Positions 24,917-37,740 of a DNA stretch of 64,000 bases are shown here, piece after piece. Position 1 is the first letter of the stretch. The number at the start of each line of letters is the position of its first letter. Source of the stretch: Eledone cirrhosa. Taxonomy: Eukaryota. Position numbers and translations under genes: made by a program. The stretch lies in contig OZ024746.1 in the NCBI GenBank assembly GCA_964016885.1, positions 96,968,001 to 97,032,000 of the forward strand, written 5' to 3'. The notes under the pieces are model-generated. The model was given only the letters and a program-made list of their open reading frames with translations. It searched no databases and was not told the DNA's origin.

Positions 24917-25004
24917 AAACATGTGTGTGTGTGCATATGTTTATGTCAATGTGTGTGAGTATGTATAAATATGTATGTGTGTATATCTTACGTCAATATT
25001 AAAT

Positions 25005-25077
25005 TTTCATTCTGATGAGAGATTTCAGACGTCTCTGTTGAGCTCGTCTGTCTTCGTGAAACCTTTGGTAAATGGAA
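25005..25077 (+). ncRNA. Type I hammerhead ribozyme motif
   Basis: tttcatt CTGATGA gagattt-cagacg...cgtctg-tcttcgt GAAACC ttt GGTA|aatggaa; 7-bp stem I, stem III ACC/GGT. Confidence 0.68.
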
Positions 25078-25201
25078 TAATTGGGTTATGTTGTTTATTA
25101 CATAATTATATATATATATATATAATTGGTGTTGGATGCTTAAAGCGTCTGTATGCGGTAGGCCATATGACTACTCGATGCTCTCATAGAGCAGAGTTAT
25201 G

Positions 25202-25314
25202 ATATCACAGAAAAAAAGAATCAGTGTTGCGATGAATGGAATTTATTGGACATATTACAATCGGCCAATAAATTCCATTCGCCGCAACACTGATTCTCTT
25301 TTTTTCTGTGATAT
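25202..25314. repeat. Hairpin, about 47-bp arms
   Basis: atatcacagaaaaaaagaatcagtgttgcg...ggaatttattgg / ccaataaattcc...cgcaacactgattc...tctgtgatat. Confidence 0.85.
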
Positions 25315-25467
25315 ATATATATATACTTTGTTTTTGTATTTCTTTTGTAAGATATCTGAAAATGTGTGTTGAAACAGATATTGTTATATTTTGGGAGGGT
25401 CATGTTGTCAATAAAAATACATGCACCTGTTGGTTTTAAGATTATGAGAAATTTCCAGTTGGTTGGT

Positions 25468-25696
25468 TTAATCCTTTAGCATTTACATTACTCTATATTT
25501 ACTATTGTATTTTCATGGTTAACACTTTATTTCACATAATTATCTCACATAATATCGAATCTATAAGATTTTGATATTATTTATTTTGAGAACAATACCT
25601 CAACATTAGTATGAACAGCTGATTACAGCCAAGTTGAACAGAAAGAGCTGAGAGAATTCTGGTCAGATACGGCAAGTTTAAATACTAAAGGGTTAA
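25468..25696. mobile_element. piggyBac-type MITE inside a palindromic element
   Basis: TTAA-bounded, same family. Confidence 0.82.
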
Positions 25697-25822
25697 TAAT
25701 GAAAGAGCTTTGACAGTAAATAAACAATCATCCGGTTATTAACCGAACCAACTTAAATTTAAGTGAAAACCACCAGGTGTATCTGTTTTTATTGGTAGCA
25801 TGACCCTCCCTAAGGTTATCAT

Positions 25823-25884
<62 letters not shown>

Positions 25885-26249
25885 GGGCGGCTGAACTCAC
25901 TTGATATGCAAATTAGGCTGCTCAGCCATTAATATGCACAAGGAAAGTATATACTTTCAGACATTCAACCATCTGGCAGGAAGGTATACGATGCTGACGA
26001 TAGCTAATAAGCTTGAAACTAGTACATCGTTCCTGTGTCAGTGTTGAACAAAAAGGTGACGTGGTTGCCTAAACACTGTACGGTGTAATTCGGGCTGTTT
26101 GTTTGTTTATAAACAAGCAAACCGAGCATTATAATAAATGTTCGGTAAACCGATACGTGCATATATATATGTGTGCATGTATGTATATATATACATACTA
26201 CTGTACGTCTGTATACATATATGTATGTACATGTACATACATACATACT

Positions 26250-26302
<53 letters not shown>

Positions 26303-26312
26303 ATACTTGGGG

Positions 26313-26373
<61 letters not shown>

Positions 26374-26475
26374 CACACACATATATATATACATATATAT
26401 ACACATATACATATATATATACATATACATACATATATATGTGAGAAAAACCACAGACCTTCCATCTCAACTCTA

Positions 26476-26511
26476 CTTTTGAAAAGCAGAAGAACTGCGA
26501 AACCGGTAAAG
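26476..26511 (+). ncRNA. Minimal hammerhead-like motif with a variant core (TTGAAAA)
   Basis: ctt TTGAAAA gcag-aagaa-ctgc GAAAC cg GTA|aag; helices perfect, two core substitutions. Confidence 0.45.
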
Positions 26512-26670
26512 GAACCAAATAAATATATATATTTTAAAAAAAATAAGACTCCAGTTGCATTTTTGATTTCATCATTTTTTTCTTTATACTTTCACTCGTG
26601 TAAGACACCTCGGTTATTTTTCATTTTGTTAAAAAAACCCTCACTTTCTAATATATACATTTATATATAC

Positions 26671-29092
26671 ATCATCATCATCATCATCATCAACGTTTAA
26701 CGTCCGTGTTCCACGCTTGCATGGGTTTGGACGGGGGTAGTCCCACTTGAGGCAAGAGTGATTGTCTTGCTCGCATAGGACTGTCTGGCAGGTTTTCTAC
26801 AGTTGGATGCCCTTCCTAACACCAACCACATTTACAGTGTGGGTCTGGGAGGTTTTTACCGTGTTGCCTACACGGCCACATTACAGCGTGGACTGTGTGT
26901 TTTTTTGTCGTGACACCTACACGATCTCATTTGTTTCGGCCTCGATGGCGTGGCACCAACATAACTTTACATAGAACGGGGTGGTGTGGATGGGGTGGGG
27001 GTGGTGGTGGTGGGACGGGGTGTATTTTGTTAGAGATGCCTACTGGCTGGAGTAGGTTTTACTATATATTTAGGTAAGGCGGGTCTTCTCTGTTACTGAG
27101 TACCGCCAAAGGTCTCGGTCCAGTGACATTGTCTTGGAGAGGTGTAAGTGTGTGATGTCGGAGTTTATCAGCTCGTCCCAGGTTTTCCTAGGTCTGCCTA
27201 TTCCGTGACTACCGTCTATGTTTATTGCCCTGCACCTTGTTATACAGCTATCGACTTTCATGCGCATCACGTGTCCATACCAACGTAGCCTTCTCTCGAG
27301 TAAACAACATCTGATCCCTCTTATCTCTAATTTTTTCCTTAGTTCGTTTATGCTTTGCCGTTCACGTATATTACTGTTACACATCCAGCAGAGCATGCAA
27401 GCTTCGTTCCTCTCTAGTCTGCATATATCCTCTGCACACAATGCCCAGGTCTCACTGCCATGCAGCATTGCTGTTCGTATGCAGGCATCGTACAACCTGC
27501 CTTTCATTTTTAGGGAGAACCCTTTAGCAGCTAATAGTGGTATAAGCTCTCTGAACTTTTTCCAACCAGTTCTGACTCTAGCTACAGTACTTTCAGAGCA
27601 CCCTCCCCCACTGCTGATTTTATCGCCCAGGTAACGGAAGCTGTCCACTATTTCTTTAGAACCCTCTGCGCAATTGAAAGAGCTAGTATTTTGTGGGCAC
27701 TTGCTGCTACTTATTGCACCAGAACACCGGCCACATGTAAAATCTATGTTCTTAGTTAGCTTACCTGTGATCCCACTACATCTTTTATGCACCCATACTT
27801 TGCATTTAGGACATAAAATGGAGTTTCTACCTACGCCTTTCCTACACACCGAGCACGACCATTTCCCAGAAGGGACCGCCGCCTTGTTTTCTTTCCTACA
27901 AACTAGTACTTTGGTCTTAGCCAGGTTAATTTTAAGTCCTTTTGACTCTAGGCCGTGCTTCCATGTTTGGAATTTCTTCTCTAGCTCGGCCATTGATTCC
28001 GCTATGAGTGTCAGGTCGTCTGCGTATAGGAGTTCCCATGGGCAGCCTGTCTTGAACTCCTCTGTTATAGCCTGAAGGGCAATAATAAATAGTAGGGGGC
28101 TGAGAACAGAGCCCTGATGGACGCCAACTTTTACGCTAAACTCTTCACTATATTCGTTGTTAATTCTAACCTTGCTGACTGTTTCTTTATACATGGCTTG
28201 TATATCCCTCACAAGCCATTCGTCAACGCCTAGTTTTCTAAGAGCCCACCAGATAATGGTGCGGGGGACTCTGTCGAAGGCTTTCTCCAAGTCGACAAAA
28301 GCTAAGTAGAGGGGTTTACCTTTAGCTAGGTACTTCTCCTGTAGTTGTCGTACTATGAAAAGAGCGTCTGTGGTACTTTTGCCTGACACAAACCCGAACT
28401 GCATTTCATCTAGGTCAATTCTCTCTCTGATTAGTTGCGCTATTACTTTTTCCGTGACCTTCATGACCTGGTCGATTAATTTAATGCCTCTATAGTTACT
28501 CCTATCTAGGGCGTCTCCTTTACCCTTATAACAGTTAACGATGATGCTGCTATGCCAGTCCTTCGGAACAACCCCATTCTGTACGACTTGGTTAACTATG
28601 CGGGTGACCATGGTGTGTCCCACCGTGCCAGATGCCTTCAGCATCTCAGCAACTATTTCCGAAGGCCCAGCCGCCTTACCCGTCTTCATATCCTTGATTG
28701 CCTTACTTATTATACTCCCCTCGACTAACACTGCTGGTCCCTCTATTGGGTCGATATGGGGGAGACTGTCTTTCTCCCATTTATTCTCCTCATTTAGTAG
28801 CCTTTCATAGTGACACTTCCAAGCTACCTTCTTATCAGCGTCGGTGATGGCAAGTGTGCCATCGTTGTTTAGTACACACTTCTCCCCGACAATATCACGG
28901 TTTTCCTTGACACATTGCCTAGCAATCCTGAACACCTCACGTTTTTGGTCATCGCGTTGTAGAACATGCTTGAACTTTCTTTCCTCAGCTTCCCTTCTTG
29001 CTAAGTACACTTGTCTCCTAGCTTCCCTCCTGGCCACTTGATAGTCTTCTCTACTTCCCCCATCCCGCCATACTTTCCAAGCCTGCTTTTTG
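26671..29092 (-). mobile_element. RTE-clade LINE, 5'-truncated (RT, C-terminus, 3' UTR and (ATG)n tail)
   Basis: Uninterrupted frame from about 29090 to 27070 with RT motifs ([23 protein letters not shown] at 28015-28026) and an RTE-type end (GRPRKTW); no endonuclease domain; (CAT)n tail at 26671-26691; TA-rich tracts on both sides. Confidence 0.93.
27070..29037 (-). CDS. Reverse transcriptase ORF of the RTE LINE (655 aa, N-terminally truncated) with a C4HC3 PHD-like finger
   Basis: ORF track; RT motifs; CSVC...[12 protein letters not shown]...CGRC at 27724-27855. Confidence 0.88.
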   Translation of the reverse strand: MARREARRQVYLARREAEERKFKHVLQRDDQKREVFRIARQCVKENRDIVGEKCVLNNDGTLAITDADKKVAWKCHYERLLNEENKWEKDSLPHIDPIEGPAVLVEGSIISKAIKDMKTGKAAGPSEIVAEMLKASGTVGHTMVTRIVNQVVQNGVVPKDWHSSIIVNCYKGKGDALDRSNYRGIKLIDQVMKVTEKVIAQLIRERIDLDEMQFGFVSGKSTTDALFIVRQLQEKYLAKGKPLYLAFVDLEKAFDRVPRTIIWWALRKLGVDEWLVRDIQAMYKETVSKVRINNEYSEEFSVKVGVHQGSVLSPLLFIIALQAITEEFKTGCPWELLYADDLTLIAESMAELEKKFQTWKHGLESKGLKINLAKTKVLVCRKENKAAVPSGKWSCSVCRKGVGRNSILCPKCKVWVHKRCSGITGKLTKNIDFTCGRCSGAISSSKCPQNTSSFNCAEGSKEIVDSFRYLGDKISSGGGCSESTVARVRTGWKKFRELIPLLAAKGFSLKMKGRLYDACIRTAMLHGSETWALCAEDICRLERNEACMLCWMCNSNIRERQSINELRKKLEIRGIRCCLLERRLRWYGHVMRMKVDSCITRCRAINIDGSHGIGRPRKTWDELINSDITHLHLSKTMSLDRDLWRYSVTEKTRLT

Positions 29093-29094
29093 GA

Positions 29095-29178
<84 letters not shown>

Positions 29179-29228
29179 ATTTATATATATATATTTATAT
29201 ATATATATAGATATATATATATACATTT

Positions 29229-29398
29229 GAAAAAAGGAAAAGAATGACTTCACTTGTAGTTCTAAACAATTTGACTTAATTTTATAATATTATAATATTA
29301 TAAAATTAAATCAAATTGTTTAAAACTACAAGTGTAGTCATTCTTTTCCTTTTTTCTAATATACCTAGCTGTACCAAGGGTTTCACACATTTTCCAAT
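29229..29398. repeat. Palindromic element (second copy at 56653-56845)
   Basis: gaaaaaaggaaaagaatgacttcacttgt...aaacaattt / aaattgttt...acaagtg...attcttttcctttttt. Confidence 0.85.
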
Positions 29399-29664
29399 AT
29401 ATATATATATGTGTGTGCGTGTGTGTGTATATCTTTTGGTGATGTATATTGGCAAAAGATGTAAACATTGTTGAAAGAAAGAAAAAATAACAGTGTATTT
29501 GTTCTGATACAGAAAAATTGTCATTATTGAAATCTTCCTATGTTAACTATGTCTTTTTGATGCAATTCCAACTTTGATATCAGCATGTGACTAGTAGATG
29601 CATGTGAATTATATTCTAATCTAAAGAAATGATTAATGGAAATTTATAAGAAATTATAACATAC

Positions 29665-29767
29665 TGCAAAGTCCTTTGTGTTTCTCTTTTACATCAGACC
29701 TCTTTTGGCAGTTTTCAAGTTTTAGTTTGCATTCATTCGTATATGATATGCCATTCATGCCACATAC
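29665..29767 (-). CDS. AGRN: Agrin-like exon b (Kazal half)
   Basis: ttttcag|GTA TGT...TGC A|gtatgt; VCGMNGISYTNECKLKLENCQKRSDVKEKHKGLC; Kazal motif VCGxxGxxYxNEC; phase 0 to 1. Confidence 0.87.
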
Positions 29768-30209
29768 CTGAAAATAGAATATCAAAATGAGAAATATATA
29801 TATATAGTAGCATTGTTAATTAAAGGTACATGAATTACAGAACTATATTTCAATAGAATATGACATTCAATAATTACTATGTTTTCAATGTTTCTATATA
29901 TATTATACTTAATTTCCTATCTTTGATGATTAGATCAGATTTTAAAAATCAATTTCCTATTATAAAATACGCTCTTACCAATGAATTCTTTATGAAAAAT
30001 GAAGGTATGTGTGATAATGTATGATAATTTAATTAACCTTTAGAATCTCTAAATTTTGAAAAATCTCATTCTCTTTTGATTTTGTATTCTGATATGTAAC
30101 CAAATCAGAGTTTCTTGGTGCCATATGATTAAACCATCTAAGTTAGAAATCTATATGAGCTAGTGTTTTCCTTTTATGCCCGTACCTTCTATGCTTGCAT
30201 GGGTTAGCT

Positions 30210-30508
30210 CAAGGTTAGATTTAGACCTTGGGGGGGGCTGGGGAAATTCAGATTTGGAGGGGCCCCTCATACACAAGAAATTAGAATACACAGCAACCCC
30301 CCACCCCCCAAAACTTTACATATCAAAGTTAGCTTGGTGCAAGTAATTGGAATTGAAAAGTTATACATACAGGTATTAAATTAAAAAATTCTAACCATTC
30401 TAAAACTAAAAAGCCAGCTGAGGGCACAAATAAATTGCTACAGCCATCACTGGTGGGGCCCCCAATGGCAGGACTCCCGGGGAAATTGACCCATTAAATC
30501 TGGCCCTG
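30210..30508. mobile_element. Non-autonomous DNA-transposon-like repeat (hAT-like GC-rich ends)
   Basis: Core cctcatacaca..aaattagaatacacag...tatcaaagttagcttgg recurs at 42720-42980 and, inverted, at 46765-47050. Confidence 0.55.
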
Positions 30509-30710
30509 GGTTGGCTGAAACTTAGAGTTTATATGGGTTCCATGAGTGTTAAATGACTGAGAATTGATTCCTTTAAAAAACACTTCATCATGTTGCTCCA
30601 GTTCACTCAGCTGCATATGAGCGCCAGCAGTAACAGGGGGTTTGCCTTGCAATACACAGGAATCCTCACCTAACACAATTACATAGAATATTTAAAGGGG
30701 CAGTCGTGTT

Positions 30711-31197
30711 ATCATCATCATCATCATCATCACCGTTTTACGTCCGTTCTTCCACGCTAGCATGGGTTAGACGGGTTGTTCTGTTGTGGGCAGTGTCTGG
30801 TCGGCTGACCATGCCTTGCTCATACAGGAACTGATTTGGCTTGATTTCTACAGCTGGATGCCCTTCCTAACACCAACCCCATTTATAGTGTGTGCTGGGT
30901 GCTTTTTCGTGGCGCCTACACGTCCACTTTACAGTGTGGGTTGGGTGCTTTTTTTCCGTGGCACCTCCACGACCACCTTGCGGTGGGAGGTGTGGGGGCA
31001 TATTGTCTATATGCTTCAGCTTGTACCCATGGGAGGTCGGGTACTCTGTATCACTGCGTGACGCCAGAAGTCACGGTCGTGTGTCATTGCCTTTGAGAGG
31101 TGTAATTGGGTAAGGTCGGCTTTTATCACCTCATCCCAGGTCATCTTGGGTCTCCCCACTCCACGGTTTCCATCAACTTCTAGTGCTCTGCACCTTT
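30711..31197 (-). mobile_element. 3' fragment of a related RTE LINE
   Basis: RCRALEVDGNRGVGRPKMTWDEVIKADLTQLHLSKAMTHDRDFWR parallels the C-terminus of the 27070 ORF; similar 3' UTR and (CAT)n tail. Confidence 0.85.
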
Positions 31198-31209
31198 TTA
31201 TTATATATA

Positions 31210-31395
31210 TAATTGTTTCTACTTTTGGCACAAGGCCAGCAATTACCCAGTGCATTACTGGTACTTTATTTTATCGACCCCGTAAGGATGAAAGGCAAAG
31301 TTAACCTCGGCGGGATTTGAACTCAGAATGGCAAGAGCCATAACTCTATGCGTCAAAGCATGGCATCCGACCCTCTACCGATACTGCCAATCCAC
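31210..31395 (-). mobile_element. SINE family A
   Basis: Near-identical to 2122-2305. Confidence 0.88.
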
Positions 31396-32232
31396 TATAT
31401 AATGGGGTTAGATATTTTTAAACAAAATATTGAATCATATAATTGGATTTAAGTTGAATATATAAAAGAAAAATTATTGTAAATTGAAATATATAATAAT
31501 CAAATGCGAATAGCTTCCTTGCAGATATGTAAATATAATATAAAAAGCAATATTGAAGTTGTATTTGTTTTGCAAACAGAGCTAACCAAAAGAAGAAAAA
31601 AAACATTATAGAAACACAATGGGAGGAAACACAGCAATAATAACTGAAGATGTCACAGAAATGTGTGATGAAAAAACTTTGAGAAATTATATTTATATTT
31701 TTAATTGTTGGTCAGTCAATGATAAACATTTATTGCCAGCTAAATTATTTATGGAAATATAAATATATACTGAAAGCAAAAACTAAGATATATAACCGAT
31801 TATATATATATATCGTATCTAGCTATCAAAACGGCCGCTGTCAGCATCCTGACTCATTTCCTATTACCCACTCTACTACCCTAAGTATCGAGTACTCTGG
31901 TGCTCTGGTGCGTTATGGTCCATCTGGTATCTTACAATAACTTCTTTTATATATATATCTAAAGTCTAAAGTCTGTCTTAAGCCAGAAGGCTCATTTGGC
32001 CGATGCTTGTCCCGGTTTCAAGCGACTGAGAGTACAAGACTCCCCCCTGGACAGGACGCCAGTCCATCGCAGAGTTAAACCTCTAGCTATTGCTGGTACT
32101 CATTTTCAGCTGCGTATACTGGAGCAATGTGAAATGAAGTGTTTTGCTCAAGAACACAACACGCAGCCAGGGAATCGAACCCACGACATTATGATCATAA
32201 GTCCAACACTCTTATCACTGGGCCACGTGCCT

Positions 32233-32307
<75 letters not shown>

Positions 32308-32329
32308 CCCATGCACTATATATATATAT

Positions 32330-33150
32330 TGGGTTCTTAGAAAACTAGTTGATGAGTGGCTTGTGAGTGACATGAATGAAATTACGACTATAGTGAAAAA
32401 TTTAGCATGCAGGTAGGAGTCCACCAGGGCGCCATTCTTAGTCCTCGCCTATTTATTATCACCCTGCAGACTATAACAGAAGAGTTTAAAACTGGCTTCC
32501 AATGGGAACTCCAGTATGCAGATGATCTAATTCTTGTAGCTGAACCTATGGCAGAATTAGAGAAGAAATTCCAAACCTGGAAGCGTGACCTAGAATGAAA
32601 GAGTCTTACAGTCAATTTAACAAAGACTAAAGTCTTAATATGTAGAAAGGAAAACAGGGCCCAGCTTCCCTCGAGGAAATGGTCTTTCTGAATGTGCAGG
32701 AAAGCAGTAGGTAGAAATTACATCATATGTCACATGTGCAAACTGTGGGTATACAAGAGTTATAATAGGATCTCAGGCATGCTAGCAAAGAACATAGATT
32801 ATATATGGTTGATGCACAGGAGCAGTAAGTATCAAAATCTCACAGGATACTAGTTCATTTGAATGCCCAAAGGACTCTGTAGATGTAATTGATAGTTTCT
32901 GTTACCTGGGTGACTAAATTAGCAGTGGAGATGAGTATTCCAAAAGTACAGTAACCAGAATGAGAATGGGATTGAAAGAGTTCTGGGAGCTGCTACTGCT
33001 GCTAACTACAAAAGGTAGATGTATGATGCATGTTTACAAACAGCAATGCTGCATGATCGTGAATCCTGGGGGATAAGTACAAAAGGACCTATGAAGATTA
33101 GAAAGAAATGAACCTTGCATGCTTCTGTGTATGTGTAACAGTTGCATAAA
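32330..33150 (+). pseudogene. Degenerate internal RTE RT fragment (same family as 27070-29037)
   Basis: VGVHQGAILSP...ITEEFKTG...YADDLIL...[10 protein letters not shown] followed by stops and frameshifts. Confidence 0.88.
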
Positions 33151-33276
33151 CTAACAAGGTTTCTGTCCTCATTTGCAGAATTAACTCAATTTGCTAGATG
33201 ACAGTGTAATTCAAGATGGCGTTCACTCCACTCCACAACAACGTAGTTGGTGTGGCTTTTTGGTTACCCTGTATAT

Positions 33277-33655
33277 ATCATCATCATCATCATTTTACGT
33301 CCGCTTTTCCCTGCTTGCAAGGGTGGGACGGGAACTGATTCTGGCTTGATTTCTACAGCTGGATGCCCTTCCTAACACCAACCTCATTTACAGTGAATGC
33401 TGGGTGCTTTTTTTTCTGTGGTGCCTACACGACCACTTTACATTGTGGGCTGGGTGCTTTTTTGCCGTGGCACCTTCACGAACACTTTGCAGTGGAATGA
33501 TAGGGACCCCAGTCCCTATCATCTCATTTCTACAGCTGAGCAAGGTGAAATAAAGTGTCTTGCTCAAGGAAACAACACATCACCCGGTCTGAGAATTGAA
33601 CTCACAACCTTTCGATTGCAAGGCCAATGCTCTAACCACTAAGCCATGAGCCTTC
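33277..33655 (-). mobile_element. SINE family B
   Basis: Full-length; TA flanks. Confidence 0.88.
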
Positions 33656-33730
33656 ATATATATATATATATATATAGCTAAATTACGTTGCTACCATTAA
33701 AAAATTAAAACAACATGCAATTTAACTTAC

Positions 33731-33840
33731 TGGATCAAATTCCTCTGAACAAGTAGGGCAGTCACATTCAGCCCTTCCTTCACGAACTACACACACTCCG
33801 TGGAAATTGCAGTGGTGGTTTAAGCACGGTTGCTTCACAC
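33731..33840 (-). CDS. AGRN: Agrin-like proteoglycan, exon a (follistatin N-terminal half)
   Basis: tttatag|GT GTG AAG...GAT CCA|gtaagt; translates (G)VKQPCLNHHCNFHGVCVVREGRAECDCPTCSEEFDP; phase 1 to 0, joins the next exon in frame. Confidence 0.85.
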
Positions 33841-34299
33841 CTATAAAAAATATACTATTTTGTTTAACCAGTCAAACATTAACAAAAACTTAATTTTTAT
33901 TTATTTGGCAAAACATAATTTGGTGAAAGTCAAAAAAAAAAATGAAACAAACACTATAATATTTGTAGAAATATCTCGCCAATCATAAACAACACCAAAC
34001 ACGCACAAACATATATATATATATATATGTATATACATATATATATACATTACGTTGTCTCACCATTCGTGTTTGTTTACCTGTCTCTCTTTCTCCACCC
34101 AATTCTTTTTATCCCAATAACTTATTTTAGTTATTGTTCATGCTAGCCTGAGGTATCTGGTCTTTAATGGGAAGAAATACCTATGATGGCTAGTAGACCA
34201 CTGATGATGGATAGTCCTGGCTTCTATTTCTAAATCTTCATTTTAATTTGTATATCACATTTGCAACAACACAGAACGACATTTTTCATTCCTATATAC

Positions 34300-34332
<33 letters not shown>

Positions 34333-34337
34333 CATAC

Positions 34338-34412
<75 letters not shown>

Positions 34413-34474
34413 TATATACATACATATATATATATACATACATATATATATACATACATATATATATATATATG

Positions 34475-34508
<34 letters not shown>

Positions 34509-34688
34509 CATATATGTAGGAGGTGAGTTTTTGAAATGCGCATAATAAAATACATGGAACTCCTTTAACCATCTTTTGATCTTATATATTATATATACAT
34601 ATATATATTGCAAACGAATCGAATGTTATTAATATTTGAAAAACTCAGATTACATTCATATATATATATACATAAATATATATATATG

Positions 34689-34754
<66 letters not shown>

Positions 34755-34929
34755 GACTCACTGTAACACTAATTAAATTAAATATGACAAACATTAAATT
34801 AAGGATGCTATATTTTGAAAATATAAAGCAGTTCCATAGGAAAAAATATCTTTTTAAATAAAATAATTATGTAAATGAATAAATATATTTTCAAAACTAT
34901 TGCTTTTTATCATCGTTGTTATTATTATG

Positions 34930-35452
34930 ATTGGTAGATAGACAGCATAGGTAGAACATTGGACAACATGCTTCGCGGCACAGAGTTACGGTCCTTTACG
35001 TTCCAAGTTCAAATCACACCGAGGTTAGCTTTCCCTTTCATCCTTACGGCGTCGATAAAATAAAGTACCAGTAATACACTGGTGTTGATTTAATCGACTT
35101 TCTCCTCCCCACAAATTACTGGCCTATACTAGAAATCATCATTATTATTGGCAGTATATAAAGTACCAGTAATACACTGGGTAATTGATGGCCTTGTGCC
35201 TAAAGTAGAAACAATTCTTATTGGCAGTATATAAAGTACCAGTAATACACAGGGTAATTGCTGGCCTTGTGCCTAAAGTAGAAACAATTCTTATTGGCAG
35301 TATTGGTAGAGGGTTGGACACCATGCTTTGCAGCAATTGAGTTCAGATCCCGTCGATGCTAACTTTGCCTTTCATCCTTATGGGGTCGATAAAATAAAGT
35401 ACCAGTAATGCACTGGGTAATTGCTGGCCCTGTGCCAAAAGTAGAAACAATT
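34930..35452 (+). mobile_element. Cluster of SINE A copies with tandemly repeated 3' tails
   Basis: Repeated aaagtaccagtaatacac...ggccttgtgcctaaagtagaaacaattcttattggcagtat units. Confidence 0.75.
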
Positions 35453-35843
35453 ATTATTATTATCATCATCATATTAGCCATATTGCAGGCAGAATCGAAG
35501 GAGGGAATCATAACCAATGACCAGAGGTGTTTTGAGATTCTTTCATCAACTCAATAGTTGAGCACTTTACTTATCACCCAGTTTACTGAAGTGATGGAAG
35601 TGGAAGGTGGTCTGCCTGAGTCATATGGAACACTGATCATACCTAGGTAGCTTCTCTAAGTCATTATTGTACCAGTAATGCGCTTGGGTATTTGCTGGCC
35701 TTGTGCCAAAACTAGAAACAATTATTATTGTGAATGGGTTGTTCTTATTAGTATTTATTTTTATTTGTATTAATTTATATTTTTTATTTATTTGTAAAAA
35801 TGTTTAATATGTCTTTATATATTGTATTATATATCTATCCTAG

Positions 35844-36014
35844 GTGGTGAATTGGCAGTATCGGTAGAGGATTGGACACCATGCTTTCTAGCATAGTTAC
35901 GTCCCTTTATGATCTGAGTTCAAATCCCGCCGAGGTTAACTTTGCCTTTCATCCTTACGGGGTCGATAAAATAAAGTACCAGTAATTGCTGGCCTTGTGC
36001 CTAAAGTAGAAACA
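35844..36014 (+). mobile_element. SINE family A
   Basis: TSD attatatatctatcctag (35826-35843, 36015-36032). Confidence 0.87.
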
Positions 36015-36383
36015 ATTATATATCTATCCTAGCAATTAAGAGTTTTATATCAAACAGAATTTAATAATACTACAGTTTTTATTTTAGATACTTTAACCCT
36101 TTCATTACTATATTTCTAATGAAAAACACTGGCATTAATTTTTAAATATTTTTGAAAATATTCAAGAATCTGGAGAGATTTAGTCATGTAACTACCTTGT
36201 TCATTATTAAGTTGGTGTTTGGAACATAAAATAACAAAGGTTCTCACATAAAATTATAACACATTAAAATGAACAACTTTCTATCTTTGAACCAGGTATT
36301 GTTTTATGTGGTTTCATATGAAAAGAGTTAATGTTTCTGATATCAACTTGCATAAAACTTCCTGAGGCTCTATAATACAAATC

Positions 36384-36668
36384 CTTCTTCTTCACCAATT
36401 TATTCCTGAGAGGGACTTGGGGGCAGAGTCCTCAAACACTCTTCCGGTGGGCTCTATCACAAGCAACCATCTCCAACTGATCTGGCTGGATCCCCAAGTG
36501 AGACTAGCCAAGCTCATGAATGTTATCCAACCATCTTACTCCGAGTCTACCTCTGGGTCTCCTGCCGATTGGTTTTGCCCATAAAATCTGTTGAGCGATT
36601 CTTTCCTGAGACATTCTAACCACATGACCATAGATAGTATTGGAGCCATGATCTCTCAATTCAGAAAA
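36384..36668 (-). mobile_element. Short 3' remnant of a third RTE-like family (GAA tail)
   Basis: GHVVRMSQERIAQQILWAKPIGRRPRGRLGVRWLDNIHELG; homologous copies at 14903-15180 (-) and 11355-11600 (+). Confidence 0.75.
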
Positions 36669-37524
36669 GTAACAGCTCTTCATATTTAAATTAAAGTCTT
36701 CTGTCATGATTCTATGTAAAAACTTTTTGTTAAATAATGTTTCAAACATCCAACTTAATAACAAAAATGTTAACCAAAACATCTAAATTCTGATTTCATT
36801 TCATTATTGCTTTATTTCATTTGTAAATAACTCAGTTTTTAAAAATTATCAATGAATTATTCATTATATTGTGTTCATGTTTTTAATATAATAAGATTTA
36901 ACCATATAGGTTATATATGCTAATAAAACTCTCAATAAGGAATTTCAAATTTTTCATGATAACCACTAGTTTTGTAGTAGTTAAAAAAAAAGAAAGTATT
37001 CAGTTGTTTTTTGATGAAAAGATTTTTCATGTTACAAATAATAGAAATAGTAAAAAATAGTTAATTGAAACAGTAAATTGCTATGACTAATCAGACAAAG
37101 TGTTGAAAAAGGTAGTAATGTCAAAATACGATTGGAAAATATGATTGGAAAATTCTTCACCATGCAAATAGCTAAGTCTGACTTGATAACTTAATATCGA
37201 TTTTATTGCTTAGACATGGTGTAAAAAAAGAAAAAAATCTATATGGAGGGGAGAAAGAAATTTCTTTCTCACCTCCATATAGATATATATACTATTCTCA
37301 AGGGTAATATGGAATAGATGAAGTGAAATGTTTCAATTGAAAACTGAAACAGACTCACAGAATTAGCTAATATTATGCTCTACATTGTTCACTGAATGAT
37401 TTAACATAAACAAAATAGAAAAAGAAAATTAAGGTAAACTAATGTACTAACCAGGACTAATGCGTATGTTTTATATATAAAGTATTTATTTGTAATTTCG
37501 GATTTAGAAATACCAATTCCTGTG

Positions 37525-37740
37525 TTAACACTTTAGCATTTAAGCCAGCCATATCCGACCAGAATCCTCTCAATTCTTTCTGTTCAAACCAGCTATAACT
37601 GGCTGCTCATACCAATGTTAAGGTATTGTTCTCAAAATAAATAACATAAAAATCTCATAGATTCAATATTATGTGAGATATAGACTTTACCGTGAAAATA
37701 TAATAGTAAATATAGAGTAATGTAAACGCTAAAGGGTTAA
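37525..37740. mobile_element. piggyBac-type MITE
   Basis: TTAA-bounded, same family. Confidence 0.82.

Noticed and set aside
34146-34215. CTGAGGT...GAAAT and a nearby CTGATGA
   Set aside because: Core and helices are incomplete; cannot be supported.
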